Positions 17,581 to 27,651 of a stretch of 64,000 nucleotides of DNA are shown piece after piece (within the stretch, counting starts at the first letter, position 1; each line of letters begins with the position of its first letter). Under the pieces are notes generated by a model. The model did no database searches. It was not told the origin of the DNA and saw only the letters and a list, made by a program, of their open reading frames with translations. A program made the position numbers and the translations under genes. Source of the stretch: an uncultured Haloferula sp. (GTDB taxonomy: Bacteria > Verrucomicrobiota > Verrucomicrobiia > Verrucomicrobiales > Akkermansiaceae); assembly GCA_965652295.1 (NCBI GenBank), contig CBFGTS010000001.1, forward strand, positions 588,493 through 652,492, in the 5' to 3' direction.

Positions 17581-19065
17581 TCACTGCCACTTCCAGTCCG
17601 ATCTTCTGATCCATTGGAGGGCTTCCTTGACGTCCACGCCCTTCCGCGCGTTTCGTGCAAAGAGCGCTTTCCGCTTGTCCCAGGTCCGCTGCTCGAATGA
17701 GGAGGGTTCGTAATGTTTCTCATACGGTGCCTGGTTGCCGACGAGCATGACGAGGAAGCCCTCGATGCCGAAATCGTTGGACGCCGGAGGCAGGAAATGC
17801 CGGGCGACATTCGAGGGCCCGGTTTCCCGGTAGAACTGAAGGAGCTCGGCGATGCCGGAGAGATCGGTCTCTTCCCGACACCGGCGCCAGAAGTCGGTGG
17901 TTCCCGCTTGGTTGAGCTGATAGTGGAGGCCGAGGAAATCCCGGATGATCTCCCAGTTTCGGTAGCGGTTTTCGTTGTAGAGCTGCCGGACGGCGGGAGT
18001 CGGCTCGAGTTGCGAATGAATGAGAAGACCGGCCAGTCCGCGGCATTGGGAGCAGATGATCATCAGCGCGGTGGCTTCCAGCGGCTCGACGAATCCCGAG
18101 GAATTGCCGATCGCGATCACGTTGTCCACCCAGGTGCGGCGATGGCACCCGGAGCGGAAACGGATGATTCGGGGCGAGTCCGGAACCTTCGGATTCTTCC
18201 GGCGGAATTCTCCAAACGCCGCGTCGTCTGAAATCATGTCCGAGCAATAGACATAGCCGCGATTCACGTGCTCTTCGTGCTCGATCTTCCAGCTCCACCC
18301 GTAATTCATCGCCTCGGCGGTGGTGTAGGCCATGATCGGCTCGTCGTCGCCGCGCTGCCATCCGCCCACGACCGCACGGTCGCAGAACAGGGTTTTGTTG
18401 AAATTCTCGAAAGGCTCTTCGAGCACCTTGCCCAGTAGTTCGCTGCCGAAGCCGCTGGCGTCCACGTAAAGGTCCGCCTCGATTTTCCGGCCATCGGTGA
18501 GGTGAACGGCGGTGATGCCTCCGGGCCCGCGTTGTGCGCCGGACATGGTTCCGTTCGTGATGACGACCTTGGACTCGATGACCTCCTTTTCCAGCGTCTC
18601 GACAAACCGGTGGTTCTCGATGTGAAACGCGGTCTTGAAGGGGATCACGGGACTGCCGTTCGCGTTGCGTGCAAAGGCCTTGCCGGCGCTCATCAGCGCG
18701 GACTCCGGATCGACATCGTTGAAATCCTCGTCGCAGTAGAAGCCGCTGGGCATCTTGAGGTCATCGTACTGCCGGTCGAGCTGGTGGCTGAAGGTGTAGT
18801 TGAAGATTTCACGACTTCCCCATTCGAAGCGGATGCCCAGTTTCCAGGTCGGCTGGGCCATCTTGTAAAATCTTTCCTGTTTGATCCCCAGATAATCGAA
18901 GAGGTGCTCGGGAACGTTCGGAGTGGTTCCTTCCCCGACCCCGATGACGCCCAGATTGGGATCGCGGAGGATCTCGATATCCAGGGACGGGATCTTCCTC
19001 TTGAGGGTGAGCGCGGCGAGAAGCCCCGCGCTTCCACTGCCTAGAACCAGCACCTTTCTGATCAT
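17581..19065 (-). CDS. Flavin-dependent (tryptophan-halogenase family) halogenase
   Basis: GSGSAG FAD motif, IGVGEGT, catalytic-Lys context TWKLGIRF, WSWKIE (variant of WxWxIP), GFVEPLEAT. True start is MIRKVLVLG. Confidence 0.9.
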   Translation of the reverse strand: MIRKVLVLGSGSAGLLAALTLKRKIPSLDIEILRDPNLGVIGVGEGTTPNVPEHLFDYLGIKQERFYKMAQPTWKLGIRFEWGSREIFNYTFSHQLDRQYDDLKMPSGFYCDEDFNDVDPESALMSAGKAFARNANGSPVIPFKTAFHIENHRFVETLEKEVIESKVVITNGTMSGAQRGPGGITAVHLTDGRKIEADLYVDASGFGSELLGKVLEEPFENFNKTLFCDRAVVGGWQRGDDEPIMAYTTAEAMNYGWSWKIEHEEHVNRGYVYCSDMISDDAAFGEFRRKNPKVPDSPRIIRFRSGCHRRTWVDNVIAIGNSSGFVEPLEATALMIICSQCRGLAGLLIHSQLEPTPAVRQLYNENRYRNWEIIRDFLGLHYQLNQAGTTDFWRRCREETDLSGIAELLQFYRETGPSNVARHFLPPASNDFGIEGFLVMLVGNQAPYEKHYEPSSFEQRTWDKRKALFARNARKGVDVKEALQWIRRSDWKWQ

Positions 19066-19090
19066 ATGATTGACGGGGGGGTGGTGAATG

Positions 19091-22000
19091 TTAGTTGGGA
19101 ATCGATGACAAGCGGACGAAAAGTTGTACGGGCACCTCACCGCTCGAATCATATTGGAGCTCGAAGGGTGTTTCGGTCGCCGGCCAGTCGGCGGCGCGGA
19201 TGAGGCCGTAGTCGGTCCATTCGGTGAGGCTTTCGGAGATGTGGATCCGGTAGTTGCGGCCGGGGATGGAATCGAAGTTGCCGAGCACCACGCCGTTGGC
19301 GGAATCCGGCTGCCATTCGACGACGCGGAGCCGGCTGGTGGAATCAAGCGGGTGGGTTCCGAGCTGGCGCTCTTCGTCATCGGTGAAGCCGTCGCCATCG
19401 CTGTCGAGCGTGGCGGACAACAGGCTGACATCGGCGGCGTAGGCGAGTTCCCAGGTGTCGGGGAGGCCGTCGTCGTCCATGTCGGATTCGCTGACGGTCG
19501 GGGTGATGACCAGGGAGAAGTAGTAGTTGCGGCCGAAGTTGGTGAAGACCGAGCTGGCGAAGTCCGGCGCGAGGCCAACGGTGACGCTGCCCGAGCCGCT
19601 TGTTCCGCTGCTGCCGGAGTAGTGGATCTGGTCCGCGGGGGCCGCGGTGTCGAAGGTGATCGCGCCGGCACCTCCACCGCCGGAGCCGTCGGGATACGCG
19701 TCGAGAAATCCCATGGCGACCGTTTCACCGGGGGCGAGCGTGAGTGGAGCCGGGAAATCGTTGAAGGCGACGTCGTTGAAGCCGGGCGCGTGGCTGGTGA
19801 CGGTCTTGCCGACGGCGAGCACGGTGAAGTTGTTGTCGCCGTTGACGCGTACGACGAAGGGGGTGAGCGGCGTGCCGGTGACTGCGGCGGCGTGGAACTG
19901 GAAACGGTCCACGGTGAGGTTGAGAAGCGCTCCACTCGTGTTGGTGAAGGTGTCGGTCTCGTTGATCACCATGTTCGAGGACCAGGTGTCGGCCGCGGGC
20001 GAGGAGCCGGGAGGCTGCTCGTTGCCGATCCGCCACGGTGCGAGGAAAGTGATCGAGAAGTAGTAGTTTCGTCCCAGATTGGTGACGACGGATGAGCCGA
20101 AGTCGGGCGCGGAGCCGACGGTGACGCTGAACGAGCCGTCGGTGCCGGAGGCCCCGGAGTAGTGGATCGAATCGGTCGGTGCCGCGGTGTCGTAGGAGAT
20201 GACTCCGGTTCCCGCCGCACCGCTGCCATCCGGGTAAGCATCGAGGAAACCCATCGCGATCGTTTCACCGGCGGCCAGGGTGAGGGCGACCGGCGAGGCG
20301 GAGAAGGGTAGGTCGTTGGTGCCGAGCGCATGGCTGGTGATCGTGTCGCCGATGGCGCGGACGGTGAAGTTGTCGGTCCCGGCATTCACCCGGACCACGA
20401 AGGGCGTGATCGGGGTGCCGGTGACGTTGGAGGCGTGGAACAGGAAGCGGTCGAGGGTGATGTCGAGCGGTGCGCCGGTGGTGTTGGTGAAGGTGTCCGA
20501 TCTGTTGATGACCATGTTCGACTGCCAGGTGTCGGCGGCCACCGTGCCGGTCGGTTGGTTGCCGTTGCCGATGGCGTGGCTTTCCAACGCGGCGAGCGAT
20601 CCCTGGGGGCCGGTGCACGAGTCCACTTCCATGCCGAGGATCCAGTTGGCGAGCCGGACCACCGACTCGTCGTCCACCCGTCCGCGGCCGATCGGGGGCA
20701 TGCGGTGGGCGGCGATCGTGTTGAGGCGCTCAAGGACGACGGATTGCCCCGGCAGGCCCGGCTTGATCGCCCTCGCGCCCTCGATGCCGAGATCGTCGTT
20801 CACGGGGCCACAGAGCAGGCCTTGAACGGCAAGCGGCGTTGTCAGCCGGGCATCGAAGAGCGCGCGGGTCCCGCCGGGCGTGTGGCAGTGGGAGCAGTTG
20901 CTGTCGAGGTAGGAGCGTACGAAGTCCGCGTCGGACACCGCCGGATCCTCCCGGTCGGCGGAAGTCAGGGCGTTGCGCAGCGAGACCTCGCTCCGGGGCG
21001 TGGCGATGAAGCCGAGCTTGCTGAGGGTTTCCACCTGATGGGCGACGCGGCCGGTCGTGGGGTAGAGGATATTGCGGTTGAGCTGGCGGGTGCTGAGGCC
21101 GAGGACGCCGCCGGTGTTCGTGTTGTGGCAGGCGTTGCACTGGGCCCGCGAGGGAAAGAGGTAGTCGACGAACTCGCCGCCGATGTTGAGAGATTCGGTG
21201 GCGCCTTCCTCCAACAGAACGGCGTCGCTTTGATCCGGAAGCCAGCGGTAGGTCACGCCGCCCCAGACACCATCGCTGCCGCGGATGAGGACCCGCGTTT
21301 CGAGCTTCGCGCCACTGCCGGGGAGGGCGAAATGCTTCACCAGCACCGAGCCGATCGGGAGGTTCCAGCGCTCGCTGTCGTTGTAGGTGATCCGTTCCGC
21401 TTCGGTGTCGGGAGTGCCGTCGCCGGCGATCATCATCCAGCGGGATTTCACGGCACCGTCCGACCAGAGGGGCATGTTCACCTCGTAGGGGATGAGCTGG
21501 GGGATGGGCGTGAGCGTTGAAAGATCGCTGAAGAGTCCGGTGGCGGACAGCGTTGGGGGAAAGACGGAGTCCTCGATGGCACCGGTGTCCGGCCTGAGCC
21601 GGAAGATGCGTCCGTTGCCCGGCTGACCGGCACCCATCTGGGTGACGAAGAGCTCGCCGTCCGCGTTGTGACCGAAGGAGGAAATGCCGGTCCAGATGTT
21701 CCCGGATCGCGCTTGTCCGATGCGCGTGACTGAGTTCGCCGTCTTGGTCACCGGGTCGAAATCGAGGGCGTAGATGCCTTGGGACCCGTTGTCGCCGAAG
21801 ATGTATTTTCCCTGCAGAAAAGAAATGGCATCGCCCCGGTAAACGTAGCCGCCGATCACGCAGTTGCCGAGCGAGTCGGCTCCGGAGTGGCTGTAGTCGA
21901 AGATCGGGCCGCGCTCGGTTCCGATCAGCGGCGAGGGCGCGGCGCGGAAGCCGGGGGCGGTTCCTTCCATGTAGTTCCACTGGAAGTTCAGTCCCGGGGC

Positions 22001-23839
22001 ATCGAGCAGGTCGATTTCCTCGCGGGCATCGTGACCGACATCTCCGATCCAGAAGCCGGTGGCCGGATCGAAGCTCATGCGGTGGGGCTGGCGCAATCCG
22101 ATGGCGTAGAATTCCTCCAAGACCGTGCCGTCGGGATTCACCCAGGGGTTGTCATTCGGGATGTGATATCCCTGGGTGAACGATCCATGCGAAGACGAGG
22201 CGTTGTAGGGCTGGCGGATGATGGGATGGCTGACGGCTCCGCCCTGCTGGTCCACGTCGATGCGCCAGACGCCCGAGCGGACGCGCGAGTAGAGGAGTTG
22301 GGTGAAGTCGTTGGCGCCGGTGCCCTGGATGCCTTCATCGCCGAAGGAGATGTAGAGAAACCCGTCATCGCCGAACGCGAGGCCGCCGCCGTCGTGGCCT
22401 TTCTCGGTGTCGTATTGGTTGATCAGGATGAGTTCCGAACCGGGGTCGAAGGTCGAGGTCACCGGGTTCCAGGAAAATCGAGACAGGCGGTCGTAGTAAG
22501 GCGTGCTTGCGTTCGCGGCGTCGTTCTCGTTGTGGAGGTAGAAGACGTAGATGAAGTCCTTGTCCTCGCCCTGTCCGAAGCGCGGATGGAGGGCGAAGGT
22601 CTGCATGCCGCCGTGCTTGGTGCCGTTGTCGTTGGATGACCAGTTGTAGTACCAGGCCCGCTCGCGGATATCGAGAAGCAGGGTGCGGGTGGTCGTGGTG
22701 TCATCGTCGGGAACGCGATAAAGACGGCCGTCGGTTTCCGCGATCAGGAGGTCGGTCGAGCCGGGAAAGGGCGACACCTGGATCGGCGAATCCCAGGAAA
22801 GATCCGGGAAAGCCCGCTCGACGGCGACGGTGCTCACCGGAGTCGGTTTTTCGGGAAGCATGCCGCCGTGGAAGGGATCGGCGGCGGGAGCCGAGTCGAG
22901 GCCGCTGACACCTTCCTCATAGGGTCGCAGCGAGGTCGCGGCGGGCGTGGGAAAGTCGGCGGGTAAGGCAGCGCCGGGATCTCGCTTGGCGAGCCACTTC
23001 ATCGCGCGGATGAAGACGGTCTGGAAGGCGGCGCAGCGCGCGCCCGGCGGTTCGGCGACATCGCCCCAGACGTGACAGTAGCTGCTGGCGTAAGTACGGC
23101 CCGCGCCGTATTCGACGGTCCAGTCGATGGGAAAGCGGGTGCCGTCGCGGTCGGCCGCGTACGACAGCACGGTCAGGTTTTCCGCCGGACCGCGGGCGTA
23201 GCGATAGACCTCGATGTCGGCCACCATCCAGGTGGCGGGTAGTCCGGCGTGGATGGGGTGATCGCCGCGCTTGGAGACGAGCACGTCCTGACGCGCGCCA
23301 TGGTTGGTACTTTCCCCGGCACCGGCGGCGATCACGTTGATGCTGCCGTCGGCATTCACGGTGATCGCCTTGCCGAAGGTCCTGTCGCGCCAGCCGAGGC
23401 CGATGATCTGGTTGTATTGCGGCCACTCGGCGAAGGAGTTGTTCGCCTCGTGGAAGGCGTAGAAGCCGCCGCCGCCATGGACGTAGGCGGCGAAGGAGTC
23501 CTTCACTTCCTGCGGCCATGAGGGCAGGCCACCGAGGTTGTTGTAGCCCGAAATGACCACGTCGTAGTCGTTGAACTCCGGACGCCAGGCGTTCCATGCC
23601 GGGTCACCGGCCGCGGTGGGCGTGACGGTGAAGTCCACGTCGAAGGAACCGTCCTTGGCGAGAATGGCGCGGACGATGTTCAGGCGCTTTTCCCACGCGT
23701 GGTTCGTCACGCCCTCGACGATGAGAACTTTGATCTTCGCCTCGTTCTCCGCCTCGTTGTCGGCGAGGGAAACGAAGGCAAATGCGAGGAGCAGGAGGGG
23801 GAGAAGCAGCGAGATTCGTTTCAGGGCGGAATGGCTCAA
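19091..23839 (-). CDS. Secreted multidomain protein: ThuA-like, PQQ sugar dehydrogenase-like, diheme cytochrome c, two tandem ~180-aa repeats, C-terminal domain
   Basis: Signal peptide. KVLIVEG..NHAW is ThuA-like. HDGGGLAFGDDGFLYISFGDEG and GLRQPHR are GSDH motifs. CNACH and CSHCH are heme motifs. DTW.SNMVIN...RNYYFS occurs twice. Ends QLFVRLSSIPN. Confidence 0.88.
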   Translation of the reverse strand: MSHSALKRISLLLPLLLLAFAFVSLADNEAENEAKIKVLIVEGVTNHAWEKRLNIVRAILAKDGSFDVDFTVTPTAAGDPAWNAWRPEFNDYDVVISGYNNLGGLPSWPQEVKDSFAAYVHGGGGFYAFHEANNSFAEWPQYNQIIGLGWRDRTFGKAITVNADGSINVIAAGAGESTNHGARQDVLVSKRGDHPIHAGLPATWMVADIEVYRYARGPAENLTVLSYAADRDGTRFPIDWTVEYGAGRTYASSYCHVWGDVAEPPGARCAAFQTVFIRAMKWLAKRDPGAALPADFPTPAATSLRPYEEGVSGLDSAPAADPFHGGMLPEKPTPVSTVAVERAFPDLSWDSPIQVSPFPGSTDLLIAETDGRLYRVPDDDTTTTRTLLLDIRERAWYYNWSSNDNGTKHGGMQTFALHPRFGQGEDKDFIYVFYLHNENDAANASTPYYDRLSRFSWNPVTSTFDPGSELILINQYDTEKGHDGGGLAFGDDGFLYISFGDEGIQGTGANDFTQLLYSRVRSGVWRIDVDQQGGAVSHPIIRQPYNASSSHGSFTQGYHIPNDNPWVNPDGTVLEEFYAIGLRQPHRMSFDPATGFWIGDVGHDAREEIDLLDAPGLNFQWNYMEGTAPGFRAAPSPLIGTERGPIFDYSHSGADSLGNCVIGGYVYRGDAISFLQGKYIFGDNGSQGIYALDFDPVTKTANSVTRIGQARSGNIWTGISSFGHNADGELFVTQMGAGQPGNGRIFRLRPDTGAIEDSVFPPTLSATGLFSDLSTLTPIPQLIPYEVNMPLWSDGAVKSRWMMIAGDGTPDTEAERITYNDSERWNLPIGSVLVKHFALPGSGAKLETRVLIRGSDGVWGGVTYRWLPDQSDAVLLEEGATESLNIGGEFVDYLFPSRAQCNACHNTNTGGVLGLSTRQLNRNILYPTTGRVAHQVETLSKLGFIATPRSEVSLRNALTSADREDPAVSDADFVRSYLDSNCSHCHTPGGTRALFDARLTTPLAVQGLLCGPVNDDLGIEGARAIKPGLPGQSVVLERLNTIAAHRMPPIGRGRVDDESVVRLANWILGMEVDSCTGPQGSLAALESHAIGNGNQPTGTVAADTWQSNMVINRSDTFTNTTGAPLDITLDRFLFHASNVTGTPITPFVVRVNAGTDNFTVRAIGDTITSHALGTNDLPFSASPVALTLAAGETIAMGFLDAYPDGSGAAGTGVISYDTAAPTDSIHYSGASGTDGSFSVTVGSAPDFGSSVVTNLGRNYYFSITFLAPWRIGNEQPPGSSPAADTWSSNMVINETDTFTNTSGALLNLTVDRFQFHAAAVTGTPLTPFVVRVNGDNNFTVLAVGKTVTSHAPGFNDVAFNDFPAPLTLAPGETVAMGFLDAYPDGSGGGGAGAITFDTAAPADQIHYSGSSGTSGSGSVTVGLAPDFASSVFTNFGRNYYFSLVITPTVSESDMDDDGLPDTWELAYAADVSLLSATLDSDGDGFTDDEERQLGTHPLDSTSRLRVVEWQPDSANGVVLGNFDSIPGRNYRIHISESLTEWTDYGLIRAADWPATETPFELQYDSSGEVPVQLFVRLSSIPN

Positions 23840-23857
23840 TGGGTTTTTGAGATAGGG

Positions 23858-26800
23858 TTATGGGATTGGATCGGCGGAAGCCTGAAGAAAGCCCCGGTCC
23901 GGGAGGCCTTCGGAAGCAGCCAGACGGAAGGTGTGAAGCTGGTATTCCGGATCTGCCGAAGGGATTCCGCCCACATGGATGACTTCGCTTTCAAAGGTGA
24001 CGAGATCGAATGAGCCACGAATACGGTAGAAGATGCCGTCCACGACCGAGGTCTGGGTTCCATGGGTGTCGGCGGAAAAATGAGCGCCGTTGCGCACGGG
24101 GACGGTCAGGGTGAGGTCGCCCTGACCGGACGAATCGGTGTCCTGGGTGGACACGGTGATGCGACCGCCGTCCGAGCCATCCACAGGGTCGCCGTTGAAG
24201 GCGTATTCGCCGAAATTGTCCAAACCGTCGCCATCGTTGTCGTGGGCCGCATCATCGAGATGAGGATCGAGACCGTGGGACATTTCCCAGACATCCGGCA
24301 TGCCATCGCCATCGGTGTCGGCTTCAGCGAAAGCTCGCAAGACGTAGGCATTAATGGCGACGGGGTAGTTCGATCCCCCCGTGGTGTTCTGGATGTGGAT
24401 ATCCTGATAACCCGAGGAGTTCGCGTGGAAGGTGCCGAGAATCTGGGTGCTGCTCTGCGCCAGCACCGGAGAACTCAGGTTTCCATCGCCATCGTGGTAG
24501 AGCTGCCCGCGACCGGCGCTTGCGGCACGGTCATCGGAGTAGAAAATCTGGATCTGATAGCGCTGGCCTTGGATCAGCGGCGCACCGTCGACTCCGGTGA
24601 CCCGGAGGATCATGTCGGTGGCTCCGGGAGCCGGGCCGGGGTCGGTGTTCTCCCAAGCGGAGCCATCGAGCACTGACTCGAAAGGGGGCGAAACCGTGGT
24701 GCCGTTGGCGTTGAAAAGCGCGGGCTCCGTCTGACGCCCACCTGCGCCGGCGATAACCCGCGCCTCTTCGCCCGCCAAGAGGTTGCCGGCCGCGTTCTGG
24801 GCCGGACGGTTCTCGAACTCGATGCTTTCTCCCCCCGCCATGACGACGATCGATCCGCCGCCGTTGCGGAAGTTTCCTGCGTGGACCAGGGTTCCGCCAA
24901 GATCGATGTCGGCATCCGAAGTCACGGTGCCGGGCGAGTTCCAGATGCCGGTGGCTGGCGGTGCGTCAGGAGTGACCGTCACGTTGCTGAAGACCGCGTG
25001 GTTGAGGGTGCCGCTGTTGACGCTGCAGACCGCCAGGCCGACATGCACGTCCTCGGTCATCGGGATCGTAATGGTGCCGAGGTTCTCCCAAACGACCCCG
25101 TCCACGGATTGTCGGGCGGTGATGGTTGAGCCCGTGCGGCCCAGTTTCAGCCAATAGGGTGCGTCAATGCCTGTGATGTTGGAGCTTCCCGAAGCTGCTC
25201 CACCCGTGGAGGCGCGCATTTGCAGTGCTGTCCCGTTGTCAGGAGAGAGGTAGGCGATGGCGTACTTCGAGTTGGTGTCGAGAGACTCCCGGATCATCAC
25301 GCCGGCCTTCGCCCAAGGGGCGGTGTCCTGCATGCTCTCGACCCGGGCGATGATGGTTCCGTCACCCGAAAGCTGTTGGTGAACGAACTGGAACTGATCG
25401 CTGGTGGACCAGATATCGGCACCGGAGCCTTTCACCACATGGTAGCTGGCGGATTCTGTGTGGGACCCGCTGGCTCCGACCGACCCGATGTCCAGGGAAT
25501 GCCAGGTGGTGGGGGTGGAGCGCAACCCGACGGCATAATCCGAGTTCAACGAGGCTGCTCCCTCCCTTGATGCGGAAACGACATAGTAGTAAGGGGTGTC
25601 CGCTGTGGCGGTATCGTCGACATAGGTCGTCTCCGTCAGGCCGGTGGCGATTTCCCCGTAAGGTCCGGTGCTCGTGACCGCGCGTTTGACTGTGAAAGTA
25701 ACGTCGTTCTGCGGCGCGTACCAATTCAGGCTGATCGAGTCCGGCGAGTCCGTGGTGTGGAGGGCCTCCGGGGCTTCGGGGGCGATGATGGAAGCGGGGC
25801 CGATTTTGAAACAGACAGCGGTTTGGAACGGCATTGAGTCCGGACAGGTGATGCTGAGTTCGGTGGCTGTCTGTTTCCAGATCAAGGGCTCGGTGCTGCC
25901 GAGCAGCTCCACCGAGGTGATCGGGGCGGCGAGTTTGCCATCCGCGGTGCCAAGTGCCGGGAGTTGCACGACGGTGCCGGCGGAGGGCACGGTCATGCAG
26001 TAGGCATAGAGGCAGCCGTCGGCTCCGACGGTGTAGCGGAAATCCGCATGGGTAAACGCGTAGTTCGCCTGGTTCCCTCCAAGTTTCCCGTGGGGCAGGG
26101 TGCGGCTGCCCTCGGCATGCTGGCTCCATGCGCGGCTGCCGTAAATTCCGGCTCCATTGATGTCCATCCATTGGCCGATGGACTGGAGCATGGAAGTGCT
26201 GCCGGCGTCGAGGCTGCCGTCGGCCGTGGGGGAAATGCAGATCGCGGCCGCGCCGTCGCGGGAAACGCACTCCAGAAGGTAACGGATCACCATGCCGGGG
26301 TCGTAGTTGAAGCCGGGCGCGTAGAACCAGTCACCGACGGGCACTTCGCCGATCCAGGGCTGGTCGCGTTTGATGCCGGACGGGAAGTTGTTTTCGAAGG
26401 TGGTGGTGAGGCGGTCACCGGAATGGAATTTCACCACGGCGTGGGTTTCCACGGAGCCACGACGCTCGACGGAGCGGTTGGCCAGGTGGGCGAGGACGCG
26501 CTGCATGGCATCGCTCTTGTAGCCGGTGCCGGTGCCGCCGCCGCTGAAGGGCTGCGAGGAGGTGCCGTCGGTGTAAACGAAGTCGGGATCGTATTGCTCG
26601 ATCGCATCGATCATGCGCAGAGCCCACCAGGTGTTGTACCAATGGGCGTAGTCGAGGTGGTTGCTGAAGAGTCCGGCGGGCGGCGGGCTCCACGGACTCG
26701 CGGCGGCAGCGCTCACGCCCTGGTATTCGCGCAGATCGATGCCGTAGAGCAGGCGGGGATCGAGGCCTTCCCACCATTCGCCCACGCCATCCGCCAACGT

Positions 26801-27523
26801 GAGGTGTCCGTCGTAAGGGACGCCGGGCATGATGCCGTCAGGGGCGTCGGCATTGAAAGCGGTCTGCCACCACCACCACGAGTATTCATGATGGAAGGTG
26901 ATGCCGAAGGCCATGTCGGCATTTTTGGCCGCGGTGGTGAGTTCGCCGAGGATGTCACGGCGCGGGCCGAGTTGGGTGGAGTTCCAGGGCTGATAGCGGG
27001 AGTTCCAGAGGTCGAACTGGTCGTGATGCACGCCCTGGATGAGGAGAAAGCGCGCGCCGGCCTGTTGATAGAGCGAGACCAGTCCGGCCGGATTGAGTCC
27101 GGTGGGGTTCCAGTCACGCAGGACTTCCTTGTAACCGATCTCGGATGGGTGGCCGTAGTTGGCGAGGTGGTTGTTGTAAGCGGTGTGGCCAGGTTTGTAG
27201 AGATGACGCGCATACCAGTCGCCACTCTCGCCTGCGGCCTGCGGGCCGAAATGCACCCAAATGCCGAACTTGGCCGCACGCAATTGGGCGGAGTCCACCG
27301 GCAGATGAGAGGCGATCGAGGGCCAGGTGGGCTCGACGGGACCCGAGGCGATGGGGAAATCCATCTTCACTTCGGGAAAGGCGTTGATATCCCCCAGCGG
27401 CACGGAATTCACCGGTTGCGGTTCGGGGATGGCGGGAAAATCGGGCAGGGGCGGGAGTTCGTAAGCGGAACCCACGGACAAGAGGCCGGTGAGGATGGTG
27501 AGATGGAAACCTGGTGAGATCAT
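23858..27523 (-). CDS. Multidomain GH29 alpha-L-fucosidase-like protein with FN3, ConA-like, domain B and C-terminal domain
   Basis: AKFGIWVHFGPQ, DWYAR and VHHDQFDLWNS are GH29 motifs. FN3 (YYYVVSA). GSGADIW...WAKAGVMIRE module. Domain B (HAGNF...YSDDR). Ends RGFLQASADPIP. Confidence 0.88.
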   Translation of the reverse strand: MISPGFHLTILTGLLSVGSAYELPPLPDFPAIPEPQPVNSVPLGDINAFPEVKMDFPIASGPVEPTWPSIASHLPVDSAQLRAAKFGIWVHFGPQAAGESGDWYARHLYKPGHTAYNNHLANYGHPSEIGYKEVLRDWNPTGLNPAGLVSLYQQAGARFLLIQGVHHDQFDLWNSRYQPWNSTQLGPRRDILGELTTAAKNADMAFGITFHHEYSWWWWQTAFNADAPDGIMPGVPYDGHLTLADGVGEWWEGLDPRLLYGIDLREYQGVSAAAASPWSPPPAGLFSNHLDYAHWYNTWWALRMIDAIEQYDPDFVYTDGTSSQPFSGGGTGTGYKSDAMQRVLAHLANRSVERRGSVETHAVVKFHSGDRLTTTFENNFPSGIKRDQPWIGEVPVGDWFYAPGFNYDPGMVIRYLLECVSRDGAAAICISPTADGSLDAGSTSMLQSIGQWMDINGAGIYGSRAWSQHAEGSRTLPHGKLGGNQANYAFTHADFRYTVGADGCLYAYCMTVPSAGTVVQLPALGTADGKLAAPITSVELLGSTEPLIWKQTATELSITCPDSMPFQTAVCFKIGPASIIAPEAPEALHTTDSPDSISLNWYAPQNDVTFTVKRAVTSTGPYGEIATGLTETTYVDDTATADTPYYYVVSASREGAASLNSDYAVGLRSTPTTWHSLDIGSVGASGSHTESASYHVVKGSGADIWSTSDQFQFVHQQLSGDGTIIARVESMQDTAPWAKAGVMIRESLDTNSKYAIAYLSPDNGTALQMRASTGGAASGSSNITGIDAPYWLKLGRTGSTITARQSVDGVVWENLGTITIPMTEDVHVGLAVCSVNSGTLNHAVFSNVTVTPDAPPATGIWNSPGTVTSDADIDLGGTLVHAGNFRNGGGSIVVMAGGESIEFENRPAQNAAGNLLAGEEARVIAGAGGRQTEPALFNANGTTVSPPFESVLDGSAWENTDPGPAPGATDMILRVTGVDGAPLIQGQRYQIQIFYSDDRAASAGRGQLYHDGDGNLSSPVLAQSSTQILGTFHANSSGYQDIHIQNTTGGSNYPVAINAYVLRAFAEADTDGDGMPDVWEMSHGLDPHLDDAAHDNDGDGLDNFGEYAFNGDPVDGSDGGRITVSTQDTDSSGQGDLTLTVPVRNGAHFSADTHGTQTSVVDGIFYRIRGSFDLVTFESEVIHVGGIPSADPEYQLHTFRLAASEGLPDRGFLQASADPIP

Positions 27524-27536
27524 GGGAGAGATGAAT

Positions 27537-27576
27537 CTGCCGCAGCACGGGGGCGATGGCCCACGAGCTGCGGCAG
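27537..27576 (-). terminator. Long stem-loop between the PEP-CTERM gene and the GH29 fusion gene
   Basis: CTGCCGCAGC (27537-46) pairs with GCTGCGGCAG (27567-76), with further inner pairing. Confidence 0.5.
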
Positions 27577-27651
27577 GGCGGCACCCTCTTTTTCCTGACC
27601 ACAAAACCCCTTAAGTGGCGCGATGAAGAGGATGCGAAACTGTGGGATTTC

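Noticed and set aside
19066..19935. 290-aa N-terminal extension of the halogenase ORF, suggesting a fusion or frameshift
   Set aside because: It is an alternate frame of the upstream gene's 3' end (low-complexity P/S/T/R). The halogenase begins at its GxGxxG motif, with ATG at 19065.
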